63,992 bases of DNA, filler included, from 4 parts of 4 records of this genome joined end to end with filler, not necessarily neighbours in it; one strand, 5' to 3'; numbered from the whole stretch's first letter, positions 30,052 through 41,528 are shown. Translations and numbers: made by a program. Notes: a model not told the origin generated them from the letters alone.

Positions 30052-31407
30052 TCAAACCAAATGACTTAATGCCAAGCCAGCGAACGTCAAAGCCAAGAAG
30101 AAACCGAGCATATCGGTAACGGTGGTTAGAATTGGGCCGGAAGCCAAAGCTGGGTCTACTTTCATTTTCTTTAAAAACAATGGAATTGTACCTCCGATTG
30201 CCACAGCAACCACAGTGTTGATGGCCAATGCACCTCCTACGACTAGGCCTAAATAGGCATTGCCCTGCCAAAAGAAAGCAGCCAAACCAATCAGTGCACC
30301 AAGCACTACTCCGTTAATCAAGCCCACTTTCACTTCTTGCCAAAGCACACGCATTAATTCATAAGGCTTTACCACCCCCAGCGAAAGTTCTCTTAAACTT
30401 ACCGCCACGGCTTGGTTACCCGAGCAACCACTCATGTCTGAGATAACGGGTAGAAAAACAGCCAAGGCAATCACTTCCTGCAAGGTGTCTTGATAAAAAG
30501 CAATGATACTCGCTGCCAAAATATTCAAAAGAATATTCACACTCAACCAAGAAAGTCTTCTGCGAGAACGAAGTAAAACAGGCATGGTACGCAGTTCTTC
30601 CCCGCCCACAATACCTTGAGTTTCTAATAATTCCGTATTAAAACGATCATTTTCAGCCTCTCTCACATGCTTACGCATGACGATACCAAGCAATATGTTC
30701 TCCTCGTTGACTACAGGCACTCCGTAAAAATCGTACTTATCGAAAAAGCTGATGAGGTCAGTAAGGTGATCTGTATCCTTTACTGTAAGGGCATTCTTCA
30801 ATACAATTTTTGAAAGAGGGACAGAAGTTTTAGAAAGTAATAAATCGCGCATTTGAAGCACCCCAACAAACTGCCCATCGTCCACCACATAAATGTATTG
30901 CACATTATAGTCTTCATATTCCTCAGAGTTATCGCGGAGTTTCGTGGTGATTTGGCCAACAGTTTCTGTGCTTTCAAAAGCCAAATATTCCGTAATCATT
31001 ACCCCCCCAGCACTATCCGAGTCATAGTGAATTAGTCTACGAATGTTCTCAGCCTCCTTTGGGTACATTTCTTCCAAAATGGCATGTGCGTCATCGTCAT
31101 CCAGTTCTGAAATAATGTCTACCTGTTCATCAGAATAGAGCTGGTTTAAAATAGAAGCAGCTGTTTCCGTCTCTGTATCTTCTATCAGTTGAACCGCCTG
31201 TGATTGCGGAATTCGCTCCAGTAAACTCGCACCATCTTCGGCACTCATTAAGCCTAACAGGTCATTTTGTGCTGATCTATTCAAATGGCTAAAAGCATGG
31301 ACAATGTCTTCCGACTTATTCTCATCCATGTAATCATGAATACCCTCTTGATCCGAAACAGCAATCAACTCAGCCAGTTGCTCCCACGATTTCACTTCCT
31401 TCTCCAT
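30052..31407 (-). CDS. mgtE: Magnesium transporter MgtE
   Basis: Acidic N-domain, CBS pair (SAGGVM...), RRRLSWL, DPALASGPILTTVTD. Confidence 0.95.
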   Translation of the reverse strand: MEKEVKSWEQLAELIAVSDQEGIHDYMDENKSEDIVHAFSHLNRSAQNDLLGLMSAEDGASLLERIPQSQAVQLIEDTETETAASILNQLYSDEQVDIISELDDDDAHAILEEMYPKEAENIRRLIHYDSDSAGGVMITEYLAFESTETVGQITTKLRDNSEEYEDYNVQYIYVVDDGQFVGVLQMRDLLLSKTSVPLSKIVLKNALTVKDTDHLTDLISFFDKYDFYGVPVVNEENILLGIVMRKHVREAENDRFNTELLETQGIVGGEELRTMPVLLRSRRRLSWLSVNILLNILAASIIAFYQDTLQEVIALAVFLPVISDMSGCSGNQAVAVSLRELSLGVVKPYELMRVLWQEVKVGLINGVVLGALIGLAAFFWQGNAYLGLVVGGALAINTVVAVAIGGTIPLFLKKMKVDPALASGPILTTVTDMLGFFLALTFAGLALSHLV

Positions 31408-31422
31408 CCTGCTTTTTCTCTT

Positions 31423-32370
31423 TTACTTTCTTACCCCAATATGCATCAGGGCATCCCCTTGGTGAACAATTGGATTGTTATTCAAACCTATCACATAACC
31501 AGAAACAGGGCTTTTAATTTTAATTTTTGACCCACCAAAAGGGTCACTGATATGACCGATAAGCTGGTTTTTCTCTACTTCGGAACCATAGGGAACCATG
31601 GTTAAGAAAACCCCTGAGGTTTTCGCCCTAATCCACGATGAGTTATTGATGATTTTGGTCACATGTGGCGCTTCTGGTGCGCGTTCACGCATCCCCAAAT
31701 GCTTCATCACTCTCAAAGCCCCGTTGATGCCTTGTTGAATTGCAAATTCGTCAAATCGAGCCGATTCTCCCCCCTCATACACCAAAATTTGCTTGCCCAT
31801 TTTAGCAGCCGTTTGGCGCATAGATTTAGGCCTGAAAGGGCTATTAAGAATAAATGAAGGCTGAAAAATTTCAGCAATTTGTTTATTCTTCGGTTCCTTT
31901 AAGGCACACCGAATCTGCGGGTAGTTTGTGCGGTCCGCTCCTCCAGTGTGAAAATCCAAACCCACATCGATTTTAGGAATAATGTCTCTGGTAAGGTAAT
32001 GCGCTACCCTTGCGGCCAAAGAACCATTTTTGTTTCCTGGAAAAGATCTGTTCACATCCTTACCATCGGGTACGTAACGGCTAAAATGAATAAAGCCGAA
32101 CATATTAATGATGGGAATACAGATTACCGTTCCCACCCTAGGTATGTGTTGGTCTTTCTCTATAATTCTACGGACAATTTCGGTACCGTTGATTTCGTCA
32201 CCATGCATACCTCCACTGAGGAGCAAAGTAGGCCCGTCAATTTCTGAACGGGCTACAGTGATGTGTAAATCAATTGGCGAATGCGAAGGAAGTCTCGCAA
32301 TATTGATATTGATTCTAGTCTCCTGACCTGGCAATATTTGCTTGCCTCCGATTACTAATGGCGCTCTCAA
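31423..32370 (-). CDS. Succinylglutamate desuccinylase/aspartoacylase-family protein
   Basis: GGMHGDEING, DVNRSFPG, DFHTG, YEGGE. Confidence 0.92.
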   Translation of the reverse strand: MRAPLVIGGKQILPGQETRININIARLPSHSPIDLHITVARSEIDGPTLLLSGGMHGDEINGTEIVRRIIEKDQHIPRVGTVICIPIINMFGFIHFSRYVPDGKDVNRSFPGNKNGSLAARVAHYLTRDIIPKIDVGLDFHTGGADRTNYPQIRCALKEPKNKQIAEIFQPSFILNSPFRPKSMRQTAAKMGKQILVYEGGESARFDEFAIQQGINGALRVMKHLGMRERAPEAPHVTKIINNSSWIRAKTSGVFLTMVPYGSEVEKNQLIGHISDPFGGSKIKIKSPVSGYVIGLNNNPIVHQGDALMHIGVRK

Positions 32371-32373
32371 TAC

Positions 32374-33900
32374 TTATTTCTTTTTCAGTTGAATATCATA
32401 AACGTCCGTTCTTCTGTCTTTCAAATTGCGCACTGCACCTTTGTTGTGTAGTGTCCAAAGTAAGTCTAAATCTACATCGGCCACCAAAATCATTTCTGTG
32501 TTGGCAGTGGCTTCCGCCTTAATTCCTGTGGTTGGGAAAGCAAAATCGCAGGGGGTAAACACAACTGACTGCGCAAACTGAATGTCCATGTTTTCTACCT
32601 TCGGAAGGTTGCCCACCGAACCAGCAATGGCTACGTAACATTCGTTTTCGATTGCTCTTGCTCTAGCGCAATAACGCACACGAGAGTAACCATTTTGAGT
32701 ATCGGTCAGGAAGGGAACGAACAGTATATTCATGCCATCATTCGCTAAAATTCTTGGCAACTCAGGGAATTCAACATCGTAACAAATCAACACGCCAATT
32801 GGACCGCAATCTGTTTCGTATACTTTAACAGTATCCCCACCCGTCAAGCCCCAATATTTGGCTTCGTCTGGGGTCACGTGCATTTTCGTATACTCTTCAA
32901 ACGTACCATCTCTCCGGCACAAAAAGCCCACATTATATAGCTTAGGGCCATCCATTTTAGGCATACTACCTGTAATGATGTTTACATTATAGCTAATGGC
33001 AAGTTTGGAAAAGCGTTCTCTAATTTCTTCGGTAAACTCTGCCAACTTACGAATGGCTTCGGCTTCAGAAAGGTGATTGTACTTGGCCATTAAAGGCGCG
33101 TTGAAGAATTCTGGAAATAAAGCGAAGTCACTTTTATAACCCGAAACTGCATCGACAAAAAATTCGATCTGCTCGAAAAGCTCATCGATTCCATTGTACG
33201 GCCTCATTTGCCACTGAATCAGTCCTAAACGAACTACCTTCTTTTGATCACTGAGTTGAGGTTCTTGTTCAACATAATAAATATTGTTCCACTCTAACAG
33301 CACTGCATAATCCTCCGACTCGTCATCACCAGGCATGTAGCCTTTGATCACTTTATTGACGTGAAAATCATTACTCAACTGAAAGGTAAGGGTTGGGTCG
33401 TAAAGCTGCTTAAGCTTCACTTGATCTATATATTGTCTTGGCGTAAGCTCATTTGAATACTTGTGATAATTCGGAATTCGTCCACCGAAGACAACCGCCT
33501 CTAGGTTCAAGTTTTCGCAGAGTTCTTTACGCGCATCATAAAGTCTTCTACCTAAACGTAAACCTCTAAAACCTGGCTTAATAAATACCTCAATACCATA
33601 AATTACATCGCCATTTGGATCGTGGGTAGAGAAAGTATAGTTACCAGTTATTTTATTGTATGTGTGATTGTCACCGAATTTATCATAGTCTACGATTAAA
33701 CTTAGTGCACAACCCGCTATTTCATCGTCAGCTACAATGACCAACTGACCTTCAGGGAAAATATCTATGAGCTTCTGAATATGGTGTATATCCCACCAGC
33801 CGCCTGACCAATTTTCATAGGCCGCTTTCATAGATTCTGTTAAGTTCTTGAAGTCACTGATTTCAAGTTGCCTCAGTTCAATTTTCTGTATTTCCCTCAT
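32374..33900 (-). CDS. Fused GNAT acetyltransferase / carbon-nitrogen hydrolase
   Basis: FRGLRLGRRLY acetyl-CoA motif; nitrilase triad FPEFF, TKMH, ICYDVEFPE. Confidence 0.93.
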   Translation of the reverse strand: MREIQKIELRQLEISDFKNLTESMKAAYENWSGGWWDIHHIQKLIDIFPEGQLVIVADDEIAGCALSLIVDYDKFGDNHTYNKITGNYTFSTHDPNGDVIYGIEVFIKPGFRGLRLGRRLYDARKELCENLNLEAVVFGGRIPNYHKYSNELTPRQYIDQVKLKQLYDPTLTFQLSNDFHVNKVIKGYMPGDDESEDYAVLLEWNNIYYVEQEPQLSDQKKVVRLGLIQWQMRPYNGIDELFEQIEFFVDAVSGYKSDFALFPEFFNAPLMAKYNHLSEAEAIRKLAEFTEEIRERFSKLAISYNVNIITGSMPKMDGPKLYNVGFLCRRDGTFEEYTKMHVTPDEAKYWGLTGGDTVKVYETDCGPIGVLICYDVEFPELPRILANDGMNILFVPFLTDTQNGYSRVRYCARARAIENECYVAIAGSVGNLPKVENMDIQFAQSVVFTPCDFAFPTTGIKAEATANTEMILVADVDLDLLWTLHNKGAVRNLKDRRTDVYDIQLKKK

Positions 33901-34078
33901 ATCTTATTAAGATAGTAAATGCCTGCAATGTTCAAATAAAAAATGATTGATTGTAAGAATATTTTCTCTTAAAAAATACCCCAAACCCTGTTACGGATCA
34001 TTTTATCTAAGACAGTCATTCTAAGGAAAAGTCACTTCTACACCGCTTGTTTTTTAACAATCCTTAACACCTCCCTAC

Positions 34079-34108
34079 CGCAAGTAAATTGTCAAAGCCT
34101 ACATCTAA
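34079..34108 (+). promoter_or_regulatory. Putative ECF-sigma promoter
   Basis: CGCAAG-N17-CATCTAA; similar element at 35297-35325. Confidence 0.55.
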
Positions 34109-34144
34109 GCTTTCAAACGAATGAGAATTTAAAAATCAAAAATT

Positions 34145-34639
34145 ATGAAAAAGTCAAAAATGAAATGGTTAGGAACCCTAGGGCTTGTAATATTATTAGC
34201 TTCTAGTTTAAATGTAAACGCACAAGGATTTAGAGGAGAGCAAAAGCCTCCGTCAGATCACCCAATGGAAATGAATATAGGGCAAAAGCCAGAACAGACA
34301 GGGCCAGAACGCAGGGGGCCAGAAATTCCAAACCTGACTGACGCACAAGAAAGCCAACTCAAGGAATTTCATTTGCAAGAAATAAAGCAGGCACAGCCTA
34401 TTCAAAACCTTGTAGCTGAAAAAGAAGCCAGACTTAACACACTTACTACTGCCGAAAAATATGATGAAAAAGCGGTAAACAAGGTGATTGAAGAAATTGG
34501 TGATTTGAAAACGGACTTGGCTAAGTTGAAAGTAGCTGGCCAACAGAAAATCAAAAGTATTCTAACCGAAGAGCAGTTGGTGTTCTTTAACCAACATCAG
34601 AAAAAAGGACCTAAAGAAAATGGGCCTAGAAGAAATTAA
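34145..34639 (+). CDS. Spy/CpxP-family periplasmic protein
   Basis: Signal peptide; two LTxxQ motifs (LTDAQ, LTEEQ). Confidence 0.85.
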   Translation: MKKSKMKWLGTLGLVILLASSLNVNAQGFRGEQKPPSDHPMEMNIGQKPEQTGPERRGPEIPNLTDAQESQLKEFHLQEIKQAQPIQNLVAEKEARLNTLTTAEKYDEKAVNKVIEEIGDLKTDLAKLKVAGQQKIKSILTEEQLVFFNQHQKKGPKENGPRRN

Positions 34640-34660
34640 AAATCAGTAGCTTAGTTTTCA

Positions 34661-34698
34661 TAAGGGTTTAGGTAGCATAATCGGCTACCTAAACCTTA
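34661..34698 (+). other. Stable intergenic hairpin between the spy-like gene and the ECF sigma gene
   Basis: TAAGGGTTTAGGTAGC...GCTACCTAAACCTTA, no U-tract. Confidence 0.55.
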
Positions 34699-34714
34699 TC
34701 ATATCAACCATTAC

Positions 34715-35296
34715 TTGTCAGAAAACCAACTCATATCGGCATTGAAAGAAGGCTCAGAAAGCGCCTTCCGTGACTTGGTAGAAACTTACCAAAATCGCGT
34801 ATACAATACCTGTCTTGGTATGCTGCAAAACGAGTCGGATGCTGAAGAAACTGCGCAAGATGTATTTATTGAGGTGCACCGTTCTATTGGTGCTTTTCGT
34901 GGAGAGTCTAAATTATCGACTTGGCTCTACCGAATCGCCACCACAAAATCATTAGAGTTGATCAGGAAAAACAAACGCCAAAAGCGTTTTGCCTTTCTTC
35001 AGTCTTTGGCAGGAAATGATGAAAAAAGTGACAGCCTAAAGCAGGCCCATTTTGTACACCCAGGTATTGAAATGGAACAAAAAGAAAACGCAGAAGCACT
35101 TTTTCAGGCCATTGGCCAATTACCAGAGGCTCAAAAAGTGGCTTTTACCTTACATAAAATTGAAGGCCTAGCCTACCAGCAGATTTCCGAAATTATGGAA
35201 ACGAGTGTTTCTTCGGTAGAATCACTCATGTTTAGGGCCAGAAAGAATTTGCAAAAGACTTTAAAGAGTTACTATGAAAAAAACTTTAGGGATTAG
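34715..35296 (+). CDS. ECF RNA polymerase sigma factor
   Basis: DAEETAQDVF, STWLYRIA (region 2); YQQISEIM...SVESLMFRAR (region 4). Confidence 0.93.
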   Translation: MSENQLISALKEGSESAFRDLVETYQNRVYNTCLGMLQNESDAEETAQDVFIEVHRSIGAFRGESKLSTWLYRIATTKSLELIRKNKRQKRFAFLQSLAGNDEKSDSLKQAHFVHPGIEMEQKENAEALFQAIGQLPEAQKVAFTLHKIEGLAYQQISEIMETSVSSVESLMFRARKNLQKTLKSYYEKNFRD

Positions 35297-35325
35297 CGCA
35301 AGTATTTTTGAAGAACAGCATCGAA
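35297..35325 (+). promoter_or_regulatory. Putative ECF-sigma promoter for the anti-sigma gene
   Basis: CGCAAG-N16-CATCGAA directly before the 35330 start. Confidence 0.5.
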
Positions 35326-35329
35326 TAGA

Positions 35330-35668
35330 ATGAGCATGAAAAACGAGAACAACATAGAGAACAAAATCAATCAAGCCCTCAATAGCATCGAAGGCATTGA
35401 GTCGGCTGAAGTGAAGCCATTTTTCTATACCCGCTTACAGGCGAAAATGGAAAATGAGATTGCTCCTTCTTACGGACGCTTCTCTATTCTGGCCAACTTA
35501 AAGTTGAGTTTGGCCATGCTGGCTGTAATAATGGTTTTCAACCTTACCAGTTTAGTGTTTCTTACGAATAGTCAAGACACCAGTTCAACAGCGACATCGG
35601 CTCTTGATGAGTTTTCTGAGGAATATTTCTCAAGCCCAACTGTTTACGATTACCTAAACGAATATTAA
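35330..35668 (+). CDS. Single-TM protein, probable anti-sigma factor
   Basis: PFFYTRLQAK motif, one TM, immediately after the ECF gene. Confidence 0.7.
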   Translation: MSMKNENNIENKINQALNSIEGIESAEVKPFFYTRLQAKMENEIAPSYGRFSILANLKLSLAMLAVIMVFNLTSLVFLTNSQDTSSTATSALDEFSEEYFSSPTVYDYLNEY

Positions 35669-35669
35669 A

Positions 35670-36203
35670 ATGGACTTTATCAGACGCAATAAACTCTTGG
35701 GTGGTGCAGTTATAGTTTTAGTAATTTTCAATGCTGCCCTCTTGGTTTTCTTGTGGCTCGGCCGACTCGGAAATAACCAAGTAAACAATGGCCCTGAGCC
35801 GAAAGGAAGATTTTTAGAGGAGAGCTTAAACCTTTCACCCGAGCAAATCGATCAACTAGAAATTGTTAAGAAAGACCACTTTAAACGAATTGACAAATAC
35901 CAACGAGATTTTAATGAAACCCGAAGACAGCTACATAGTCTTTTGAATACAGAAAATCCAGATCAAAAAGCAAAAGTACTATCTGGCAAGATGGGAGACA
36001 TCCAATCCAGAATTGAAATTTCAACTTTTGAACATTTTGCTTCAATTAGGGCAATATGTACACCAGAGCAGCAAGAAATTTTTGATAAAATTATATCAGA
36101 AGTACTCCGCAAAGAACCAAGCGGAAACAGACCTCAAGGCGTGAGACCACCCCCACAAGGCGGCCCAGAGGGTAATAAACCACCTCCCAAAGGAGGTCGA
36201 TAA
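35670..36203 (+). CDS. Membrane-anchored Spy/CpxP/ZraP-like periplasmic sensor
   Basis: N-terminal TM; LNLSPEQ and CTPEQ motifs; Pro/Gly-rich tail. Confidence 0.78.
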   Translation: MDFIRRNKLLGGAVIVLVIFNAALLVFLWLGRLGNNQVNNGPEPKGRFLEESLNLSPEQIDQLEIVKKDHFKRIDKYQRDFNETRRQLHSLLNTENPDQKAKVLSGKMGDIQSRIEISTFEHFASIRAICTPEQQEIFDKIISEVLRKEPSGNRPQGVRPPPQGGPEGNKPPPKGGR

Positions 36204-36269
36204 GTACCGGCTGTCAATTACCCACGCGACAATCGGTTAATGATAGTCAATATCTAACGGAACAAACAC

Positions 36270-37430
36270 ATGAAAAAATTACTTTTTTTTAGTGCCCTTA
36301 TGGGGCTAATGTATCAGTCATGCTCTAACGCTATTATTGAGGGGGAAAATGAGTTTGAAAGTATTATGAGGTCTGATTTTTCGAGCATTCTCGATTTGCC
36401 TGATGTCACCTATAATTATTCTGACCCAGCTTTACCTTCCCATTTTAGAAGTAATGCCTTAGGAAACATTGACAATACCCCCAATAATAACCTCATTACC
36501 AATGAAGGGGCTACATTGGGGAGGGTGCTTTTCTACGACAAAAATCTTTCGGCCAATAATACGGTCGCTTGTGCCTCTTGCCATCTTCAAGCCAAGGGCT
36601 TTTCCGATTCCAACCGTTTAAGCAAAGGCATTTTAGACGGTGAAACCAGAAGAAATTCAATGGCTTTGGCCAACGCTCGGTATTATGATAACGGGAGGTT
36701 CTTTTGGGACGAACGTGCAGAAAATTTAGAAGATCAAGTATTATTGCCTATTCAGGATGAAGTAGAAATGGGGCTTCCACTTTCGGAGCTAGTGGACAAA
36801 TTACAGGCCTTGAATTATTATACTCCACTATTTCAAGCAGCATTTGGTTCAGCTGAGGTAACGGAAGATCGTATCTCAAAATCACTAAGCCAGTTCGTGA
36901 GAAGTATGGTTTCATATCAAGCAAAATTCGATGCAGGTGCAACTCAAGTGAATAATATTGGAAATGATGATTTTTCTAATTTCTCTCAAATCGAAAATCA
37001 AGGTAAGCGGCTTTTTTTTAGTGGCAGAACTCAATGTAGCAATTGCCATGAAACCGTTTCTTTTTCGGGAGATCAAGCTAGAAATAATGGTCTAGATGCC
37101 TTTACCACAGATACCGGCACAGGGGAAGTCACCGGTAGAAACCAAGATTTAGGGAAATTTAAGGTAAGCTCTTTGCGAAATATTGGCCTCACAGCACCCT
37201 ATATGCACGATGGACGCTTCAATTCTTTAAGAGAAGTAGTAGAGTTTTACAATAACGGAATTCAAGATCACCCCAACTTAGACAATAGGCTTACAGGAAG
37301 AAATGGGCGACCAATTAGAATGAATTTAAATAATCAAGAAATCAATGCAATTGTTGCCTTTTTAAATACGCTAACGGATCAAACTTTCGTTACAGATGTG
37401 AAGTTCTCAAGCCCCTTTGTGGACAGATGA
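36270..37430 (+). CDS. Di-heme cytochrome c peroxidase/MauG-family lipoprotein
   Basis: Lipobox Cys; LGRVLFYD, CASCH, FFWD, CSNCH, LRNIGLTAPYMHDG. Confidence 0.92.
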   Translation: MKKLLFFSALMGLMYQSCSNAIIEGENEFESIMRSDFSSILDLPDVTYNYSDPALPSHFRSNALGNIDNTPNNNLITNEGATLGRVLFYDKNLSANNTVACASCHLQAKGFSDSNRLSKGILDGETRRNSMALANARYYDNGRFFWDERAENLEDQVLLPIQDEVEMGLPLSELVDKLQALNYYTPLFQAAFGSAEVTEDRISKSLSQFVRSMVSYQAKFDAGATQVNNIGNDDFSNFSQIENQGKRLFFSGRTQCSNCHETVSFSGDQARNNGLDAFTTDTGTGEVTGRNQDLGKFKVSSLRNIGLTAPYMHDGRFNSLREVVEFYNNGIQDHPNLDNRLTGRNGRPIRMNLNNQEINAIVAFLNTLTDQTFVTDVKFSSPFVDR

Positions 37431-37505
37431 TTTTAACAAATATGTTTTGGTTGATAAGGAGTTCATACGGGACTCCTTTTCTATTTTTAGCCCAGTATTT
37501 AAAAG

Positions 37506-37532
37506 AAAACCCCAGCCAAAGGCTAGGGTTTT
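37506..37532. terminator. Bidirectional intrinsic terminator
   Basis: AAAACCCCAGCC-AAA-GGCTAGGGTTTT between convergent genes. Confidence 0.7.
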
Positions 37533-37556
37533 GTTATTTACAGAGAACAGAATCCT

Positions 37557-40118
37557 TTATTCCTTAGGTCCTTCTTCCTTCTTTTTCTTTGCTCTTTTTT
37601 TCTTTGCTTTTAACATCAATGCATCACCTTCTCCACTGTAATCAGCAATAAGGGTATCGCCTTCATTTACGCTTCCTTTCAGAATTTCCTCAGCAATTTG
37701 ATCTTCCAAATATTTCTGAATTGCTCTGTTCAAAGGTCTGGCACCAAACTGAGGATCAAATCCTTTATCGGCCAAGAAGTCTTTGGCTTTTTCAGTCAAT
37801 TCAATTTTATAGCCCATCTCTTCAACACGAGCGAACAACTTAGCGAGCGTGATGTCAATGATTTTGTGAATATCTTCTCTTCCTAAAGAATTGAAAATGA
37901 TCACATCGTCTAAACGGTTTAAGAATTCAGGACTGAAAGTCTTTTTCAATGCACGTTGGATCGTGTCCTTCATCACTGAATCTTCATTCTCCTTTCTTGT
38001 CTGTGTACTGAAACCAATTCCTGAGCCGAAATCCTTCAAATCACGCACTCCAATATTCGAAGTCATAATAATGATGGTGTTTCTGAAATCCACTCTTCGA
38101 CCTAAACCATCCGTAAGAATACCGTCATCCAGTACCTGCAATAGAATATTGAAAACGTCTGGGTGTGCCTTTTCGATTTCATCCAGCAACACAACAGAGT
38201 AAGGTTTTCTTCTCACTTTTTCAGTAAGCTGCCCACCTTCTTCATAACCCACATAGCCTGGAGGCGCTCCAACCAAACGAGACACAGAGAATTTCTCCAT
38301 GTACTCACTCATGTCTATTCTTACCAAAGAATCTTCTTTGTCGAATAAATAGGTAGAAAGTTCTTTCGCCAATTCCGTTTTTCCTACACCCGTTGGGCCT
38401 AAGAATACAAATGACCCGATCGGCTTTCCTGGATCTTTCAGTCCAACTCTAGTGCGTTGAATTGCTTTGGTCAATTTGGCAATTGCTTCATCTTGACCAA
38501 TCACTCGTTGCTTCAGTTGCTCACCCATTCCCACCAATTTCGACTGCTCTTTTTGAGCAATACGTTTTGTAGGAATTCCCGTCATCATCGCGATCACTTC
38601 GGCTACATTTTCTTCATCAACAGTATAGCGCTTCGCTTTACTTTCGTCTTCCCATTTGGCCTTCGCTCTATCAAGCTGGTCAATGAGTTTCTTTTCTTTA
38701 TCTCTTAACTGAGCAGCCTCTTCGTACTTCTGACTTTTAACTACTCTGTTTTTTTCTTTCTTAATATCCTCGATAGCAGTCTCTAAACTAACAATATCAT
38801 CTGGTACGTGGATATTATTGATGTGTACTCTCGCGCCAGCTTCATCCAAAACGTCTATGGCCTTATCTGGCAGAAAACGATCAGAAATATAACGATCAGA
38901 AAGCGCAACACATGCTTTAATAGCTTCTGGAGTATAATTTACATGATGATGCTCTTCATACTTTTCTTTGATGTTATCCAAAATCATCACAGTTTCCTCC
39001 ACCGTAGTAGGGTCTACCATTACTTGCTGGAAACGTCTGGCCAAAGCGCCATCTTTCTCAATGTACTGACGGTACTCGTCTAAAGTTGTCGCCCCGATAC
39101 ATTGAATTTCGCCACGCGCTAGGGCTGGTTTGAACATATTAGAAGCATCTAATGAGCCAGAAGCTCCACCGGCACCAACAATCGTATGTAGCTCATCAAT
39201 AAAAAGAATCACTTCTGGAGACTTTTCAAGCTCGTTCATCACGGCTTTCATTCTCTCCTCAAATTGACCTCTGTATTTAGTTCCAGCCACTAGAGATGCC
39301 AAATCAAGCGTTACTACTCTCTTATTAAAGAGTATTCTTGATACCTTCTTCTGTATAATTCTTAAAGCCAAACCTTCGGCTATAGCAGATTTACCAACAC
39401 CAGGCTCTCCTATAAGAATTGGGTTGTTCTTTTTTCTTCTACTTAAAATTTGAGCTACACGCTCAATTTCTTTCTCTCTACCAACAATCGGGTCGAGCTT
39501 ATCTTCTTCCGCATATTTGGTGAGGTCACGCCCGAAGTTGTCCAGCACTGGAGTTCGAGATTTCTCGGCTCCTTTTTGACTGCCCGGCTTGTCCGATGAA
39601 GCACCTGCTCCACCACCAAACATTTTTGAAGAATCGTCATCCGAGTCATCTGTATCAGATGACGCCAGTGGAGTGTCATTGTCGGTTTGGTATTCCAGCA
39701 TCTCTTTCACCACTTCGTAGTTCACGTCAAATTTCTCTAAAATCTGAGTAGCAATATTGTCCTCGTCTCTTAAAATAGACAATAACAAATGCTCTGTCCC
39801 TATTAATTGGCTCTTAAAGATTTTTGCTTCTAGATAAGTGATCTTAAGCACTTTTTCTGACTGACGGGTAAGCGGAATATTTGCCAAGTTTTTGACATTA
39901 TGATTGGCCGTACCTTTAGTAGCACGTTCCACCGATTCTCGCAACTCTTCCAGCGAAGTACCCAGTTTTTTCAAGATACTTACCGCAATGCCTTCTCCCT
40001 CTCTGATCATTCCCAACAAAAGGTGCTCTGTGCCGATGTAATCATGGCCTAAACGGAGCGCCTCCTCACGGCTCAGCGAAATGACTTCTTTTACTCTATT
40101 CGAAAATTTAGCTTCCAT
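37557..40118 (-). CDS. clpC: ATP-dependent Clp protease ATP-binding subunit ClpC
   Basis: Clp N-domain repeats, two Walker A motifs ([16 protein letters not shown]), UVR domain, GARPL. Confidence 0.96.
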   Translation of the reverse strand: MEAKFSNRVKEVISLSREEALRLGHDYIGTEHLLLGMIREGEGIAVSILKKLGTSLEELRESVERATKGTANHNVKNLANIPLTRQSEKVLKITYLEAKIFKSQLIGTEHLLLSILRDEDNIATQILEKFDVNYEVVKEMLEYQTDNDTPLASSDTDDSDDDSSKMFGGGAGASSDKPGSQKGAEKSRTPVLDNFGRDLTKYAEEDKLDPIVGREKEIERVAQILSRRKKNNPILIGEPGVGKSAIAEGLALRIIQKKVSRILFNKRVVTLDLASLVAGTKYRGQFEERMKAVMNELEKSPEVILFIDELHTIVGAGGASGSLDASNMFKPALARGEIQCIGATTLDEYRQYIEKDGALARRFQQVMVDPTTVEETVMILDNIKEKYEEHHHVNYTPEAIKACVALSDRYISDRFLPDKAIDVLDEAGARVHINNIHVPDDIVSLETAIEDIKKEKNRVVKSQKYEEAAQLRDKEKKLIDQLDRAKAKWEDESKAKRYTVDEENVAEVIAMMTGIPTKRIAQKEQSKLVGMGEQLKQRVIGQDEAIAKLTKAIQRTRVGLKDPGKPIGSFVFLGPTGVGKTELAKELSTYLFDKEDSLVRIDMSEYMEKFSVSRLVGAPPGYVGYEEGGQLTEKVRRKPYSVVLLDEIEKAHPDVFNILLQVLDDGILTDGLGRRVDFRNTIIIMTSNIGVRDLKDFGSGIGFSTQTRKENEDSVMKDTIQRALKKTFSPEFLNRLDDVIIFNSLGREDIHKIIDITLAKLFARVEEMGYKIELTEKAKDFLADKGFDPQFGARPLNRAIQKYLEDQIAEEILKGSVNEGDTLIADYSGEGDALMLKAKKKRAKKKKEEGPKE

Positions 40119-40212
40119 TTATATCCTTTCTGAATGGCTTGTTCTAATAATTATAGGGTAGATCAATATAGTATTTTCTCGTAATGATCTACCACAAAAC
40201 GTAATCAAATCA

Positions 40213-40854
40213 CTATTTGTTCTCTGATGTAACAATTGATCTTTTCAAAACCTCCACGGCTTCAGGACCAGTACAAAACAAAAGGTCTAAGATATTAAGG
40301 TTAGAAACAAAGTTACTGCCAAATATTTGTTGGTAGGGTTTTGGCGCAAACCAAGTCAGCTCTAAAACCGACTTTCTAGGATGAATACCCCCCCTCATAT
40401 CTAATAAATCAGCTTTATCTATATTCTCAAGGTTTTCCACCCAAAACACAGGTTTGTCAATTTGTAGAAAGTTGAGACACATTGTCAGTAGTGACTTGTT
40501 CAGGTTGAACAAATGGCTCTCCTTGGAATACAGAATAGCTTTAAACTCTTCTGAGTAGAAATCGAAGAAAGGGGATTTACCATAGGCCGACTGAATGGCA
40601 CGCCAATGATTATTAACCCATTTTTCATGGTTATCTATTTTAACTTCTTGAATTGGAATCCTCTTATTTGCACCAAATACAGGCACCGATAAGTCAAGCG
40701 AGCCATTGGCAGTTAAAATGGTGCTTCGATTTAAATAAGTTCTTTTTTCGAACCTTCCCTGACTTGTGATGTAGATTTCATCTGCTTTATAAATAGCAGC
40801 AAAATATGCTACGCTTGGCAAATAATGTAAATCGACTAAAACACTCTGCATCAA
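40213..40854 (-). CDS. WbqC-like family protein
   Basis: [22 protein letters not shown] motifs. Confidence 0.85.
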   Translation of the reverse strand: MMQSVLVDLHYLPSVAYFAAIYKADEIYITSQGRFEKRTYLNRSTILTANGSLDLSVPVFGANKRIPIQEVKIDNHEKWVNNHWRAIQSAYGKSPFFDFYSEEFKAILYSKESHLFNLNKSLLTMCLNFLQIDKPVFWVENLENIDKADLLDMRGGIHPRKSVLELTWFAPKPYQQIFGSNFVSNLNILDLLFCTGPEAVEVLKRSIVTSENK

Positions 40855-41474
40855 AACAACCCTTCTATCTCTCCCAAACCTTCTCTAATAATTTCGAATT
40901 GATCGTTAGAGCAATCAATAACAGTGGAAGGCACGTTGCCCCCATAACCTCCGTCAATCACAATATCCACTAAGTTTTCATACTTCTCGAAAATTAAGCT
41001 CGGGTCGGTTGAATATTCAATCACATCATCTTCTCCTTGAATTGAAGAAGTGATGATTGGTCTTCCAAGTTCTTTAACCAAAAGACGTGGAATACTATTA
41101 TTCGGTACTCTAATTCCTACCGTTTTCTTTTTAGCGTTCAGGATTTTCGGTACGCTGCTGTTTGAGTTCAAGATGAATGTGTAAGGGCCTGGAAGCACCT
41201 TTTTCATTACTTTGAAAACAGGAGTACTGAGCTGCTTTACATATTCAGAAATCTCACTCAAATCGTAGCAAATGAACGATAGGTTCTGTGGTTTTACATT
41301 TTTGATTTTACAAACTCGCTCTACAGCTTTGGTATTCGAGAAATCACAGCCTATACCATACACCGTATCGGTTGGATAAATGATCACCCCACCCTCTCTT
41401 AAAACCGACACTATATAATCGATTTTTTCCTGTTCAGGGTTTTCAGGATAAATTCTTATTAACTCGGCTTGCAT
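40851..41474 (-). CDS. Sua5/YciO/YrdC-family protein (threonylcarbamoyl-AMP synthase-like)
   Basis: [28 protein letters not shown]. Confidence 0.92.
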   Translation of the reverse strand: MQAELIRIYPENPEQEKIDYIVSVLREGGVIIYPTDTVYGIGCDFSNTKAVERVCKIKNVKPQNLSFICYDLSEISEYVKQLSTPVFKVMKKVLPGPYTFILNSNSSVPKILNAKKKTVGIRVPNNSIPRLLVKELGRPIITSSIQGEDDVIEYSTDPSLIFEKYENLVDIVIDGGYGGNVPSTVIDCSNDQFEIIREGLGEIEGLF

Positions 41475-41528
41475 TAGTCTTCATTTAACGAATCGAAGTT
41501 ATGACAAAAACCCTATTTTTGTAACCCA

